Shown here: positions 1 to 10,651 of the stretch, one piece after another | Position numbering within the stretch: position 1 is the first letter of the stretch | Layout: each line of letters starts with the position of its first letter | Assembly (NCBI GenBank): GCA_963734495.1 | Contig: CAVTHK010000001.1 | Location: 256,001-320,000 of the forward strand | Length of the DNA: 64,000 bases | Direction: 5' to 3' | Origin: an uncultured Spirochaetota bacterium | GTDB taxonomy: Bacteria > Spirochaetota > Spirochaetia > SZUA-6 > CAVTHK01 | Position numbers and translations under genes: made by a program | The notes under the pieces: generated by a model | What the model was told of the DNA's origin: nothing | Databases searched by the model: none | The model's input: only the letters and a program-made list of their open reading frames with translations

Positions 1-2
1 AC

Positions 3-1343
3 CCCGTCATCCTCGATCTGCTCGCGGTCACGGTGGAGCAGGTCTACCACTACCCGTTCCAGCCCGGGCACTACCTGAAGAAGTTCCACGCGAAGTACAA
101 CCCCAATGTCGAAGCCGAGGCGAAGCAGGCCGGCTTCGATTCGTGGTGGAAGTACTTCGGCGCCAACTGGCCGATGGCGCAGGATGAACGCAAGCCCGGC
201 TATCCGGAGATCAACCCGTGGGTGCCGGCGAGGACCGACGCCGCGGGCAACCGCTACTACGAGCGAAACCCCTACTATTGGAAGGTGGACACCGCCGGCA
301 ACCAGCTGCCGTACGCGGACAGCCAGGCCCGCATGCTCGTCGAGAGCACCGACATCTGGAACCTCAAGGTGATCGCCGGCGAGTACGACTACGCGGCGCA
401 GCACACCTCCGTGGACACGTACCCGGTCTACAAGGAGAACGAGGCCAAGGGCGGCTATCGCGCGATGATCTGGCAGTTCGACCGCGGCGCGGAGATGGTG
501 AACTTCAAGTTCAACCAGAACATCGGAGACCCCGTTCAGCGCGCGATCTTCAGCGACTTGCGCTTCAGGCAGGCCGTGTCCCTCGCGATCAACCGCGCCG
601 AGATCAACAAGGTGATCTTCAACGGACGGGCAGCGGCGAGGCAGGCGACGATAGTGCCGAGCGCCGGCTTCTACGAGCCGGCGATGGGCGACTACCTGAC
701 CCAGTACGATCCGGTGAAATCGAAAAAGCTTGTCGACGAGATGGGGCTGAAGTACGACAGCACGGGCAAGGTTCGCCTGCGCCCGGACGGCAAGCCGCTG
801 ACGCTCACGCTCGAGTTTTCCCAGTACGCCGGGCCGCGCACCAAGATGCTGGAGCTCATCAAGGAAACGATCGAGGGGGTCGGGATCCAGGTGGCGCTCA
901 AGCAGATCGACCAGGGGCTGTATGCCCAGCGGACCACCGCCGGGGCGCTGGAGACCACGATGTGGAACCTCGACGCCACGACGGAGCTCGGTTTCCACCG
1001 CGGCCCGCAGACGTTCCTCCCGTATGCGAACGCCTGGGTGTTGTGGCTGAACACCGGCGGCAAGAGCGGCGAGGAGCCTCCCAAGGAGGCCAGCGACTAC
1101 TTCGCCCTCAGCGAGAAGTTCATGCAGCTCCCCCTGGGGACCGAGGAGTACAGGAAGGTCGGGAGGGATCTGGTGTGGATTTCGCTGAACAACCTCTGGA
1201 ACATCGGCGCCATCGGCCAGATCCCGAAGCCCGTGATCATCAAGAGCAGCCTCGGCAACACGCCCGGCGAGGAGGCCACCTACAGCTGGGACTACCGGTT
1301 CTGGACGCCCTTTCAGGCGGACCAGTGGTATTTCAAGAAATAG
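3..1343 (+). CDS. ABC transporter substrate-binding protein, family 5 (5'-truncated by window edge)
   Basis: YERNPYYWKVDTAGNQLPY and FSDLRFRQAVSLAINR motifs; frame is open back to the window start. Confidence 0.9.
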   Translation, partial: PVILDLLAVTVEQVYHYPFQPGHYLKKFHAKYNPNVEAEAKQAGFDSWWKYFGANWPMAQDERKPGYPEINPWVPARTDAAGNRYYERNPYYWKVDTAGNQLPYADSQARMLVESTDIWNLKVIAGEYDYAAQHTSVDTYPVYKENEAKGGYRAMIWQFDRGAEMVNFKFNQNIGDPVQRAIFSDLRFRQAVSLAINRAEINKVIFNGRAAARQATIVPSAGFYEPAMGDYLTQYDPVKSKKLVDEMGLKYDSTGKVRLRPDGKPLTLTLEFSQYAGPRTKMLELIKETIEGVGIQVALKQIDQGLYAQRTTAGALETTMWNLDATTELGFHRGPQTFLPYANAWVLWLNTGGKSGEEPPKEASDYFALSEKFMQLPLGTEEYRKVGRDLVWISLNNLWNIGAIGQIPKPVIIKSSLGNTPGEEATYSWDYRFWTPFQADQWYFKK

Positions 1344-1374
1344 GGTGAAGGCCAGGTCCCGCGAGGGAGAACCG

Positions 1375-2880
1375 ATGAGTCCGAACATCCTTGTCATCTG
1401 CAGCGACGAGCATCACCCGGGCTTTGCCGGCTATCGCGGCCATCCTTTTGTCCGCACGCCGAACCTGGATCGCCTGGCCCGGCAGGGAACACGGTTCACC
1501 CGGGCGTGCTGCAACTCCCCGGTCTGCACGCCGAGCCGCATGAGCTTCATCACCGGGAAGTACGTGCACGAGATCGGAAGCTGGATGATCGGCGTGCCGC
1601 TCGACCCGGCGGAGATGACGTGGCCGCGGGCTCTGGAGCAGGCGGGCATCCCCACGACGATGCTCGGCAAGATGGACTTCTGCGGACCCTACCAGGACGG
1701 CGGCTTCGGCAGCTACAGGATCATCGAGGTGCGGCCCGCCTGGAAAGTCTACCCCCGCGACACGCCGTGGGCGGCGAGGCTCGAAGGCTATACGCGGCGC
1801 GACAAGCGGGCGCACCTCCTGCATGCGGGAGTGCGCGAAGACAACGAGACCGACGGGCACCATGGCCACGACGACAAGCTGGGCTTCTACGATCACGACC
1901 GTCACGTGACCGACTGGGCGCTCGAATACCTGCGCGAAAAGGGCGCCCACCGGTCGGACACACCGTGGCACCTGTACGTGGGGCTGCTCTACCCGCACTG
2001 GCCCTTCTGCGTTCCGCGCAAGTACTTCGACATGTACTACCCGGACCAGCTCAGGCTCCCGCACGATGCGAGCTTCCCGAACGAAAACCTTCACCCTGCT
2101 CTTCGTCACTTCCAGCGCGCCCTGGACCTCGGAGAGGTGACCGAGGACATGGTCAGGCGCACCGTCGCAGCCTACCAGGGGATGATCACCTGCATGGACG
2201 ACATGATCGGCCGAATCCTCGACGAGCTCGACGCCCAGGGCCTGGCCGACGATACCTACGTCATCTACACCTCGGACCACGGCGAGTCCCTGGGCGACCA
2301 CGGCCTGTTCTACAAGCAGTGCTCGTACGAGGGGCCGGTCGGCGTCCCCCTGATCATTCGCGGACCCGACATCCCGTGGGGCAAAGACGTCGCCGACCCG
2401 GTGAGCCTGGTCGACCTCTACCCCAGCGTCCTCGACATGGCGGGGCTCGACTGGCACAGCGGAAGGCCCGGCGTGAGCTGGCTGCCCCTGGTCCGCGGCC
2501 AGGCGCACGAGCGGCCGGACTACGCTTTCAGCGAATTCCATGGCAACTTTTTCAAGCACGACTGGTACATGCTGGTGAGGGGCAGGTACAAGTACACGTA
2601 TTACTCGGGCGAGCGGCCGTCACTGTTCGACGTCGCCGCTGACCCGCTGGAGAACAACGACGTCGCGGGCCGCCCGGAGAACGCCGGCGTGATCCGGGAC
2701 TTCGAGGCGACGCTGCGGTCCATCGTGGACCCCGAAGAGGTGTCGCGGCGCGCCAGGCGGGAGCTGGGCCTTCTCGGGCCGAACGGCGAGGATTACACCC
2801 AGACGCTCACGGTGGCCGGGCTGCTCGAAGGGCGGGAGAAGGGCATCTTCCCGCCGGAACCGGGAGCGCTGTACATCTAG
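1375..2880 (+). CDS. Cys-type sulfatase (choline-sulfatase-like, S1 family)
   Basis: PNILVICSDEH, CTPSRMSFITG (CxPxR), YTSDHGESLGDHG; GAGGGAG RBS before ATG 1375. Confidence 0.9.
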   Translation: MSPNILVICSDEHHPGFAGYRGHPFVRTPNLDRLARQGTRFTRACCNSPVCTPSRMSFITGKYVHEIGSWMIGVPLDPAEMTWPRALEQAGIPTTMLGKMDFCGPYQDGGFGSYRIIEVRPAWKVYPRDTPWAARLEGYTRRDKRAHLLHAGVREDNETDGHHGHDDKLGFYDHDRHVTDWALEYLREKGAHRSDTPWHLYVGLLYPHWPFCVPRKYFDMYYPDQLRLPHDASFPNENLHPALRHFQRALDLGEVTEDMVRRTVAAYQGMITCMDDMIGRILDELDAQGLADDTYVIYTSDHGESLGDHGLFYKQCSYEGPVGVPLIIRGPDIPWGKDVADPVSLVDLYPSVLDMAGLDWHSGRPGVSWLPLVRGQAHERPDYAFSEFHGNFFKHDWYMLVRGRYKYTYYSGERPSLFDVAADPLENNDVAGRPENAGVIRDFEATLRSIVDPEEVSRRARRELGLLGPNGEDYTQTLTVAGLLEGREKGIFPPEPGALYI

Positions 2881-2914
2881 CGGTATCTGCGGCGGGTCGG
2901 ACCCGGGGTCAGGA

Positions 2915-2942
2915 GGCCGCCGGGGGCAAAACCCCGGCGGCC
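2915..2942. terminator. GC-rich hairpin between convergent genes
   Basis: GGCCGCCGGGG-gcaaaa-CCCCGGCGGCC, perfect 11-bp stem. Confidence 0.6.
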
Positions 2943-2965
2943 CGATGAGCACGATCCCTGCAACG

Positions 2966-4972
2966 CTACTTCTTGAAGTACCACTGCTCCGGCTGCCACG
3001 TGAAGTAGAAGCGGTAGTCCCAGACCCAGCAGGGTGTCTTCGCCACGAAGTCGCCGGAAGGCACGTTGCCAAGCGTGTTCTTGAAGATCAGGGGATGCGG
3101 CGACTGGCCCACCGTGCCGATCGTGTAGACGTTGTCCACGTTGATCTTGATGATCTGCCTGCCGAGTTTCTTGTAAGGCTCGGTCCCCGGCTTCGACACC
3201 TGGAACTGCTCGAGCAGCGAAAAGAGCTCCTTGACCTCGGCCGGCGGCTCCTCGCCTGTCTTGCCGCCGGAGCTGTACCACTGCCACCAGGGGATCGCGC
3301 CGCCGCCCCAAGGCGGCCTGTAACGGTCCGGAGCGGTTCGCATTGCGAACTCCGAGGAGCCGCCCATCGGATTCGCGCTGACATCAAGCTCGTTCGCGTT
3401 CTGCCGCTGGTTGTAATAGGCGCGGTCGTGAGACCTGCTCGACGCGCTGACTCCGACCTTCTTCCAGTACTCGGCGACCAGCTCCGAGATCTTCTCGACC
3501 GGGCCCGTGACCGGGTAGTAGGGGATCACGACGGTGAGCGTTTTTCCGTCGGGCCGCAGGCGGAAGCCGTCCTTGTCTCTCTGGGTCAGGCCCATCTCAT
3601 CGAGGAGCTTGTTCGCCCGGTCCGGGTCGTACTCCGCCCAGGACTTGCCCATCCAGTCCTCGTAGAAGCTGGCGACCGGTGTGATCGTCGCCTGCCGCAC
3701 GACCCCCTTGCCGAAGAAGAGCACGTCGTTGAGCTCCTTGCGGTTGATCGCGATGGACATGGCCTCGCGGAACCGCACGTCCCCGAAGATCTTGCGCAGC
3801 ACCGGGTCCTTGTGCGTCATGTTGAAGTTGTAGATCCATTCGGAGCCGCGGCCGTCCTGCCACAGCAGCGTGGTATAGCCGCCCTTGGCCTCGCCCTCCT
3901 TGTAGATCGGGTAGTTCTTGAGAACGAGGTGGACGCTCGCAAAGCTGAGCTCGCCCGCGACCACGGCCAGGTCGATGAGATCGGCGTTCTCGTAGACGAC
4001 GCCGATCTCCCGGTCGATGTACGGCAGCTGGTTGCCGGCGGTGTCGATCATCCAGAAGTAGGGGTTGCGCTCGAAGTACTTGGTGCCGTTGGTGTCGACC
4101 CGCTTGAGCTGCCACTGCGCCAGGCCCGGGATGTTCACGTCCTGCTGCGTCTCCGTCGATCCGGTGTCGGCGTGGAACGCAAACGCCTTCCACCAGGTGT
4201 CGTATCCTTCCGCCTTTGCGAGAGCGTTGGCGTCCGGGTTGTACTTGATGTGGTACTTCTTGAGGTAGTGCTTGGGCAGATAGGGGTCGTTCCAGATCGC
4301 CATGATGTCCAGAACCGCCGGATAGGGGGCGGCGAACTGGAACTTCACGGTCGTTTCGTCGATCTTGGTGACCTCGACGAGCTTGCCTCCGGGGGCCCAC
4401 TGCCTGGGCATCACCGAAGTGATCTCCTTGTTCGACAGCACGTCGTCGTACCAGAACATGATGTCGTCGCTGGTGAACGGCTCGCCATCGCTCCACTTCA
4501 TTCCCTTGCGCAGGTACACCACCAGGGTCTTGAAGTCGCTCGAGAGGTCCCATTTCTTCGCCACGTTCGGGATCACCGTCTGCAGATCCTCGGAAAGGCG
4601 GAACAGAGGCTGAAGGTGGACGGTGGAGATGTCGGCACCCTCGATCTTGGGCGATGCGGTCGACGACCTCATCTCTCCGCCGTAGCGGCCGATCCCGTAG
4701 AGAGGCTGCACGACTGCCGGCTCTTCGGGGAGCCGCCTTTCCACCGGCGGGAGCTTCCCGGCTTTGACGAGCTCCGCCAGCGCCGGGGCCTCGCTGAACT
4801 TCGTGATCTTCTTGCCGGTCTTCTGCTGGTATTCGGCCAGCGTGGCGTAGTTCATGAGCTTGCGCTCGCCGCTGCCGGCGGCTGCCTCGTCCTTGACCTC
4901 CGCTGCGCCGGTGGCGAACGCCACGGGCGACAGGACAGCCAGCACCAGCGACACTGCCAGGAATCTCTTCAC
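2966..4972 (-). CDS. ABC transporter substrate-binding protein, family 5
   Basis: Signal peptide ending AFATGAAE; LPPVERRLPEEP; LRKGMKWSDGEPFTSDD; GTG start with GAGGAG RBS. Confidence 0.92.
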   Translation of the reverse strand: MKRFLAVSLVLAVLSPVAFATGAAEVKDEAAAGSGERKLMNYATLAEYQQKTGKKITKFSEAPALAELVKAGKLPPVERRLPEEPAVVQPLYGIGRYGGEMRSSTASPKIEGADISTVHLQPLFRLSEDLQTVIPNVAKKWDLSSDFKTLVVYLRKGMKWSDGEPFTSDDIMFWYDDVLSNKEITSVMPRQWAPGGKLVEVTKIDETTVKFQFAAPYPAVLDIMAIWNDPYLPKHYLKKYHIKYNPDANALAKAEGYDTWWKAFAFHADTGSTETQQDVNIPGLAQWQLKRVDTNGTKYFERNPYFWMIDTAGNQLPYIDREIGVVYENADLIDLAVVAGELSFASVHLVLKNYPIYKEGEAKGGYTTLLWQDGRGSEWIYNFNMTHKDPVLRKIFGDVRFREAMSIAINRKELNDVLFFGKGVVRQATITPVASFYEDWMGKSWAEYDPDRANKLLDEMGLTQRDKDGFRLRPDGKTLTVVIPYYPVTGPVEKISELVAEYWKKVGVSASSRSHDRAYYNQRQNANELDVSANPMGGSSEFAMRTAPDRYRPPWGGGAIPWWQWYSSGGKTGEEPPAEVKELFSLLEQFQVSKPGTEPYKKLGRQIIKINVDNVYTIGTVGQSPHPLIFKNTLGNVPSGDFVAKTPCWVWDYRFYFTWQPEQWYFKK

Positions 4973-5060
4973 AGCCAGTCCTCCTCGTCCGAGAGAATCG
5001 CTCCGCCTCCAGGGCGGACAGGAAACCAGGGCCAGGTCTGCCGGCGGCGGTCCCGCTCTC

Positions 5061-6500
5061 CTACGCCTCCCGACCCGACACGTAGAGGTCGTACGAGTTG
5101 CTCTGCCAGGTCCCTTCGTCGGCAATTCCGTCGTTCGTCCTGCGGAGCCAGCCCAGCAGGTCGGCCCGCATGCGCCGCAGCACGTGCTTGTAGGCGAGCT
5201 TGCCCGCCAGGTTCCGCAGCTCACCAGGGTCGCTCACGACGTCGTAGAGCTCGTCCTCGGTGGCCGGGTTGTAGACGTACTTCCAGCGGCGGTTGCGCAC
5301 CATGCGCATCGAGTAGAGCGTCGACTCGTACCCGTGAAATTCGCTAAAGGCCTCCTGCGGCCAGTCGTCGGGCCTGCGGCCGCCCAGCAGGGGGAGCATC
5401 GAGCGGCCGTCCACTTTCTGCGGCTGCGCGACTCCCGCGGCGTCGAGGACGGTGGGCATCAGGTCCACCAGGTTCACGAACTCGTCGCAGACCGAACCCG
5501 GCTTCGACACCGGCGGCCCGCTCACGACAAGGGGGATGTGATGGGTTTCCTCGTAACCGTGGAATCCCTTGTTGAAGAGCCGGTGGCACCCCAGCATGTC
5601 GCCGTGATCCGTCGCAAGGATCACGAGGGTCGCACCCGCCCGTCCCGACTGGTCGAGGGCCGAAAGCACGCGGCCGATCTGATCGTCGATGAACGTGCAA
5701 GCCCCCCAGTAGTGCGCGATCACGTTCTGCCAGTCCGTCCAGGTCAACTGGCTCGCATTCCACCGCAGCGATTCCTTCTGCTGGATGAGCGGCTTGGTCT
5801 CGAAGGTCTCGTCGAAGTTGTCCCATCGCTCGACCCGGGCGGGATCGTACATCGTGTCGTGAGGGGCCGGGACGGCGTAGGGGAAATGCGGGCCGAAGAA
5901 GGACGCGCAGACCATGAACGGGGCCTTCGCCTTGGCAAACGCGCCGATCATCTCGACAGCCCGGTCCGCCACCCAGGCGTCGTGCGTGCGCTCGGGCGGC
6001 AGCACGGTGCGGCCGCAGAACGGCGCCCCGCGTCCCCACTCCATCCGCTGGACATCGTCGCGGCCGTAGTCGAACTCGATCCCCGCGGCTTTGAGCTGCC
6101 TGTGCCAGTCGCCCGTCGTATGCCAGCGGTCGAAGCCCCATGCCTCCGTGACGCCCTCTTTCGGCAGGTGCCACTTTCCGGCGTAGCCCGTCTGGTATCC
6201 CGCGGCGCGGAGGAGCCGCGGAAAGGCGGGCTTCTCGAGGACCTGCGTGTTGAAGACGCCATTGAAATTGCCCATGTTCGCGAGCTGGCCGTGATTGTGC
6301 GCGTACAGGCCCGTCATCAGGCAGCCCCGGGCCGGCGAGCACAGAGCAATCGGGGTGTAGGCGCTCGTGAAGCGCATCCCGCGCCTGGCGATGCCGTCGA
6401 TCGCGGGGGTCCTCACGACGCGCGCCCCGTTGCAGCCCGCGGCGTCGTAGCGCTGCTGGTCGGTCAGCAGCAGCAGAATGTTGGGTCGATCCTCAGCCAT
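5061..6500 (-). CDS. Cys-type sulfatase
   Basis: RPNILLLLTDQQR, CSPARGCLMTG, GKWHL, TDHGDMLG. Confidence 0.92.
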   Translation of the reverse strand: MAEDRPNILLLLTDQQRYDAAGCNGARVVRTPAIDGIARRGMRFTSAYTPIALCSPARGCLMTGLYAHNHGQLANMGNFNGVFNTQVLEKPAFPRLLRAAGYQTGYAGKWHLPKEGVTEAWGFDRWHTTGDWHRQLKAAGIEFDYGRDDVQRMEWGRGAPFCGRTVLPPERTHDAWVADRAVEMIGAFAKAKAPFMVCASFFGPHFPYAVPAPHDTMYDPARVERWDNFDETFETKPLIQQKESLRWNASQLTWTDWQNVIAHYWGACTFIDDQIGRVLSALDQSGRAGATLVILATDHGDMLGCHRLFNKGFHGYEETHHIPLVVSGPPVSKPGSVCDEFVNLVDLMPTVLDAAGVAQPQKVDGRSMLPLLGGRRPDDWPQEAFSEFHGYESTLYSMRMVRNRRWKYVYNPATEDELYDVVSDPGELRNLAGKLAYKHVLRRMRADLLGWLRRTNDGIADEGTWQSNSYDLYVSGREA

Positions 6501-6525
6501 GCGCCCACCTCCCGGCCCCAGCGGC

Positions 6526-7656
6526 CTATGTGTACGGGTCTGCCGCATCGCGCAGGCCGTCGCCGACAAAGTTGAATGACAGCACGGTCACGATGATGAA
6601 CAGTCCGGGGATCAAGAGCCACGGGGCGAGAGCCACCGTGTGGATGTTCTGCGCATCTGCAAGAAGCACGCCCCAGCTCACCACCGGAGGCCGCAGCCCG
6701 AGCCCGAGAAAGCTCAAGCTGGTCTCGCCGAGGATCATGCCGGGAACCGTCAGCGTCAGGTCCACGATCACGTAGCTGAGGAACGAAGGCAGCAGGTGCC
6801 GCGCGATGATGGCCCAGTCAGGAGCCCCGGCCACGCGCGCGGCCAGCACGAAGTCCTCCTCGCGTATCGCGAGCAGCTTGCCGCGCACGACGCGGGCGAG
6901 CGTGGTCCACCCGATCATGGACAGGATGATCGTGATCCCGAAGTACACGCGCAGGGGGGGCCATTGCGGAGGAAGGGCCGCAGCCAGCGCCATCCAGAGC
7001 GGGATCGTCGGAACGCTCCGCAGAAAATCGATGAATCGCTGGATCGCGCTGTCGAGGCGGCCGCCGAAATAGCCGGAGATGCCCCCGATCACGAGGCCGA
7101 AGACAAAGCTCATCAGCACGCCGATCAGGCCGACCGAAAGCGACACGCGCGAGCCGTACATGATGCGGCTGAACACGTCGCGGCCGAGGGAGTCCGTCCC
7201 GAGCAGGAAGATCTCGCCGCCCTCGACTCCGAAGAGGTGCAGATCCGAATCGAAGATGCCCCACATCCTGTACCGGGAGCCGTGCGGGAACAGGACGATC
7301 GGATGCCTCTTCGCCGCGTCGACCTTGTAGACCTTGCGCCAGGTGACGGGGTCTTCCGCGAGCGCGAGCCCGTAAACGAAAAGACGCAGGTGGAACCCGG
7401 AGGTGTCGATGAATCGCGGCCGCTGCGGCGGCGCGAGCAGGAATTCGGTGTACCTCTCGGTGGTCGTGTACGGGGCGACGAACTCGCTGAAAATCGCCAT
7501 GAGGTAGAAGACCGCGAGGACGGCCGCGCCCGCGAGCGCCAGCTTGTGCTTCTTCAGCTTGAGCCACATCAGCTGGTACTGCGAAGACGCGAAGTACCGT
7601 TCGCGGCCGGCGGCCTCGTCCTTGCGCGTCTTCCGCGGCAGGGGGATCATGCTCAT
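6526..7656 (-). CDS. Opp/Dpp-type ABC permease (OppC-like)
   Basis: LGTDSLGRDVFSRI, EEDFVLAARVAGA (EAA loop), NFVGDGLRDAADP. Confidence 0.92.
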   Translation of the reverse strand: MSMIPLPRKTRKDEAAGRERYFASSQYQLMWLKLKKHKLALAGAAVLAVFYLMAIFSEFVAPYTTTERYTEFLLAPPQRPRFIDTSGFHLRLFVYGLALAEDPVTWRKVYKVDAAKRHPIVLFPHGSRYRMWGIFDSDLHLFGVEGGEIFLLGTDSLGRDVFSRIMYGSRVSLSVGLIGVLMSFVFGLVIGGISGYFGGRLDSAIQRFIDFLRSVPTIPLWMALAAALPPQWPPLRVYFGITIILSMIGWTTLARVVRGKLLAIREEDFVLAARVAGAPDWAIIARHLLPSFLSYVIVDLTLTVPGMILGETSLSFLGLGLRPPVVSWGVLLADAQNIHTVALAPWLLIPGLFIIVTVLSFNFVGDGLRDAADPYT

Positions 7657-8642
7657 CCCTCCATCCTGATGCGCGGGTCCATCAGCGCGAGCAGGACATC
7701 GGAGATGAACGAGCCCACGACGGTGAGAAAGCACAGGAGAAGTATGAAGGCGCCTGCCAGATACATATCCTGGCTGAGGAGCGAGCGCAGCAGCAGCGGC
7801 CCGCTCGTGGGCAGATTGAGCACAACGTCGACGATGGGCGCGCCCGATATGATGGCCGTGAGGCGCCAGCCGATGGTGCTCACGATCGGGTTGAGCGCGA
7901 TGCGCACCGGGTACTTGAAGATCAGCCTCGACTCCTGCACCCCCTTGGCCCTCGCCGTCACGACGTATTGCTTGCGCAGCTCATCGAGCAGCATGCCGCG
8001 CATGACCCTGATGAGACTTGCCGTGCCCGACGTCCCGAGTATGATCACCGGGATCCACAGGTGCTGGAACAGGTCCACGACCTTGCCGAAGCTCCAGGCG
8101 GCCTCCATGTACTTCTGCGAGAACAGCCCGCCGACGCTCAACCCGAGGTACTTGTACGCCGCGAACATGAGGATCAGCGCCATCAGGAACCCGGGCGTGG
8201 CGACGCCGATGTAGCCGATCACGGTCAGGACAAAGTCCCCCGCCGAATACTTGTGCAGCGCCGCGTAGATCCCGATGGGGATCGCCAGGGCAAACGTGAA
8301 CACCATGGCGGTCATCGAGATGGTCGTGGTCAGGAAGAACCGCTCCCAGATGAGGTCCTTGACCGGTTTGTTCCACTGGAAGGAGCGCCCGAAATCGCCC
8401 CGCGTGACGATGCCCCAGATCCACTTGGTGTACTGCACGTAGATGGGCTCGTCGAGGCCGTACTGACGGCTGAGAGCCGCTATTTCGCTCTCGGAGACTT
8501 CCGTCCCCTGGGCCTGAAGCTGCATCACGTACGAAGTGAGGTAATCCCCGGGGGGAAGCTGTATCAGGACAAAGGCGATCACCGAAACCGCAGCCAGCGT
8601 GACCGCCATGTACCCGAGTCGCCGCGCGAGGAAACGAAGCAT
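7653..8642 (-). CDS. Opp/Dpp-type ABC permease (OppB-like)
   Basis: GDFGRSFQW, YVVTARAKG, SDVLLALMDPRIR; ATGA overlap with next gene. Confidence 0.92.
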   Translation of the reverse strand: MLRFLARRLGYMAVTLAAVSVIAFVLIQLPPGDYLTSYVMQLQAQGTEVSESEIAALSRQYGLDEPIYVQYTKWIWGIVTRGDFGRSFQWNKPVKDLIWERFFLTTTISMTAMVFTFALAIPIGIYAALHKYSAGDFVLTVIGYIGVATPGFLMALILMFAAYKYLGLSVGGLFSQKYMEAAWSFGKVVDLFQHLWIPVIILGTSGTASLIRVMRGMLLDELRKQYVVTARAKGVQESRLIFKYPVRIALNPIVSTIGWRLTAIISGAPIVDVVLNLPTSGPLLLRSLLSQDMYLAGAFILLLCFLTVVGSFISDVLLALMDPRIRMEG

Positions 8643-8765
8643 CGGACGACCTCTGCCGCGGAATCCTAACCTATCGACGCAGCCGGCGCAACGACGCCGG
8701 CCGCCCGGCGCTGGAGAGCGGTGATGTGCCGACCAGATCATGCGGGCGTGCCCAACCAACCCGTC

Positions 8766-9879
8766 TCAGCCGCCGGTCCCGAGCCGCATGAACAGCAGCA
8801 GGTTCTCTTCGGTCCTGCTGCCGAGCGGGTCGAAAAAGGGCGTGGCCGTCTGCGAGAGGATGAACGGCCCGCCGGCGCCCTTCGCCTCGTCGAGACAGCG
8901 CCGCACTGCGGCGCGAATCTCCGGGCGCTGCCCCTCTGAAGCAGCACGTCGTCCACGCCGCCGAAGACGATCCCCCTGCCTCCGGCGCCTTCCAGAGCCT
9001 CGGCGATCGACACGTCGCCCCGCGGCGGGGGCTCGAACGGCTCCATGAGGTCGTAGCCCATCTCCCAGACGTCGGCCATGATTCCGCGGACAGGGCCGTG
9101 ACAGTGGAAACGCGGTGGGGATGCCGTTCCTCCCGGCGATGCGCGCGACGCTCTCGTAGAAGCCCGCGGCAGAACAGCACGAAGCTCTCGCGGCTCAAAA
9201 AGGGCGGCACGGCGAGCTCCGCGCCCACCAGCCGCAGGATAAAGGGGCATGCGGCCCTCTCGCACAGCATCTCGAGGCTGCGCAGGACGCGCTCCTCGGT
9301 CTGCGAGATCAGGCGCAGGATCCGCTCGGTGTCGTCGTGCGTCTTCACGTAGAACGTCTCGGTCGGGAACATGTCGCAGACGATGCTGAAGGGGTCGCTG
9401 ACCTCCGCATAGGGCAGGCCATGCTCGCCGACCTGCCGCTCCTTGGCCCTGAGCGCTTCGATGTCCGGCTGCGGCGGGTCCGAGGCGTGCAGGCCCAGAA
9501 AAGCTCGAGGTCGCCTTCATCCTCGATCCATCTCTTGCGGACCTTCCAGGACGAATCCCCGCGGGTCTGGATCTCCTCGCTCCACAGGACGGAGCGGGTC
9601 CCGCTGAGCTCGCGCCTCCTGACGAGGGTGCCGTCCGCGTCGGCTCTCGTCTCGGAGGTCACACTGTACTCACCCGCTCCGATGTACAGGGGATCGGCGA
9701 CGGGAAAGACCTTGGGCAGCAGGGTGCAGCTGCCCGACGGCGAAGGAGCAGGCCTCGCGATAGCTCTCCCGTTCGCCGTGCCAGCCCCAGGGATCGAGAC
9801 CGAACGGGACGACGACCGGCGGCCAGGCCGCCTTTCCGTCCAGGAGATCGAGAAGAGCCCTTCTCCCCTGGGATCTCAC
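8766..9879 (-). CDS. Uroporphyrinogen decarboxylase / MtaA-CmuA-like family protein (about 5 frameshifts)
   Basis: Reassembled across frames: FHCHG...EPFEPPPRGDV...FGGVD...GPFILSQTATP; indels near 9735, 9498, 9163, 9108, 8922; no internal stops once corrected. Confidence 0.7.
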
Positions 9880-10634
9880 CGCAGGTGCTTGACGCGCGGA
9901 TCGTACTTTTCGTGCCACCGGCGGTTCTTCGCGTCGCCCTCGGCCATGTTGCCGCTTACCCAGACCGGCGGCTCCACGCCCATCGCCACGAGCTTCTCCA
10001 CGCTCCGGATCACGATGAGGTGAAGGCAGAAGCAGTTCAGGAGGGTGGACGTCGGCGCCAGCGCCTGGTCGAAGCCGTCGACCCTGACGCAGGCGTCGCC
10101 GTAGGGCATGTAGTTGTTCACGAACACGTCAACAATTTCGTGCAGGTTGAGCCCGCTCGAATGGCGCGCCGGCACCCCCTTGGGCACTTTCTCGGCGAAC
10201 GAGGTCGAGGTGACACCGATCGTCCGCAGCCCTCGTTTACGGCATTCGAGCGCCGTGTCGATGGTCAGCGAGTTGATGCCGTAGGCGTTGACGATGATCA
10301 TGGTTTCGCCGGCCTTGACCTCGTACGCGCTCAGGACCGAGGGAGCGAAGCCTTCGGTGCGCTCGATCCAGTTCGAGTGCTTTGCGCCCCCGGACGGCAG
10401 GACTGCGGGCTCGAGAAGCGGACGGACCGCGGCAAGCGCTCCCGCGCGCCAGAACATCTCCATCGCGCCCATCGATGAGTGGCCTCCGGTGCCGAAGACG
10501 TTGACGAGCTCGTCGCGCTGGATGCTTCCGGCGACGAGATCCGCGGCCTTGTCGATCGAGCCTTCCTCGGTCTCGAGGATCTTGCGGTAGGCGCCGTCGA
10601 CGATATCGTGAAACTGCCGAAGCGACGAATTCAC
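9876..10634 (-). CDS. SIS (sugar isomerase) domain protein
   Basis: FGTGGHS, FWRAGAL, NAYGINSLTID, RHSSGLNL, PYGDA; AGAGGAG RBS. Confidence 0.88.
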   Translation of the reverse strand: MNSSLRQFHDIVDGAYRKILETEEGSIDKAADLVAGSIQRDELVNVFGTGGHSSMGAMEMFWRAGALAAVRPLLEPAVLPSGGAKHSNWIERTEGFAPSVLSAYEVKAGETMIIVNAYGINSLTIDTALECRKRGLRTIGVTSTSFAEKVPKGVPARHSSGLNLHEIVDVFVNNYMPYGDACVRVDGFDQALAPTSTLLNCFCLHLIVIRSVEKLVAMGVEPPVWVSGNMAEGDAKNRRWHEKYDPRVKHLR

Positions 10635-10651
10635 GTGCTTTCTCCTCTGGC

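Noticed and set aside
2945..6575. Long antisense ORFs (800 aa, 573 aa and many similar across the window)
   Set aside because: Shadow frames of real genes in high-GC DNA; no motifs, and Arg/Ala/Gly-rich composition.
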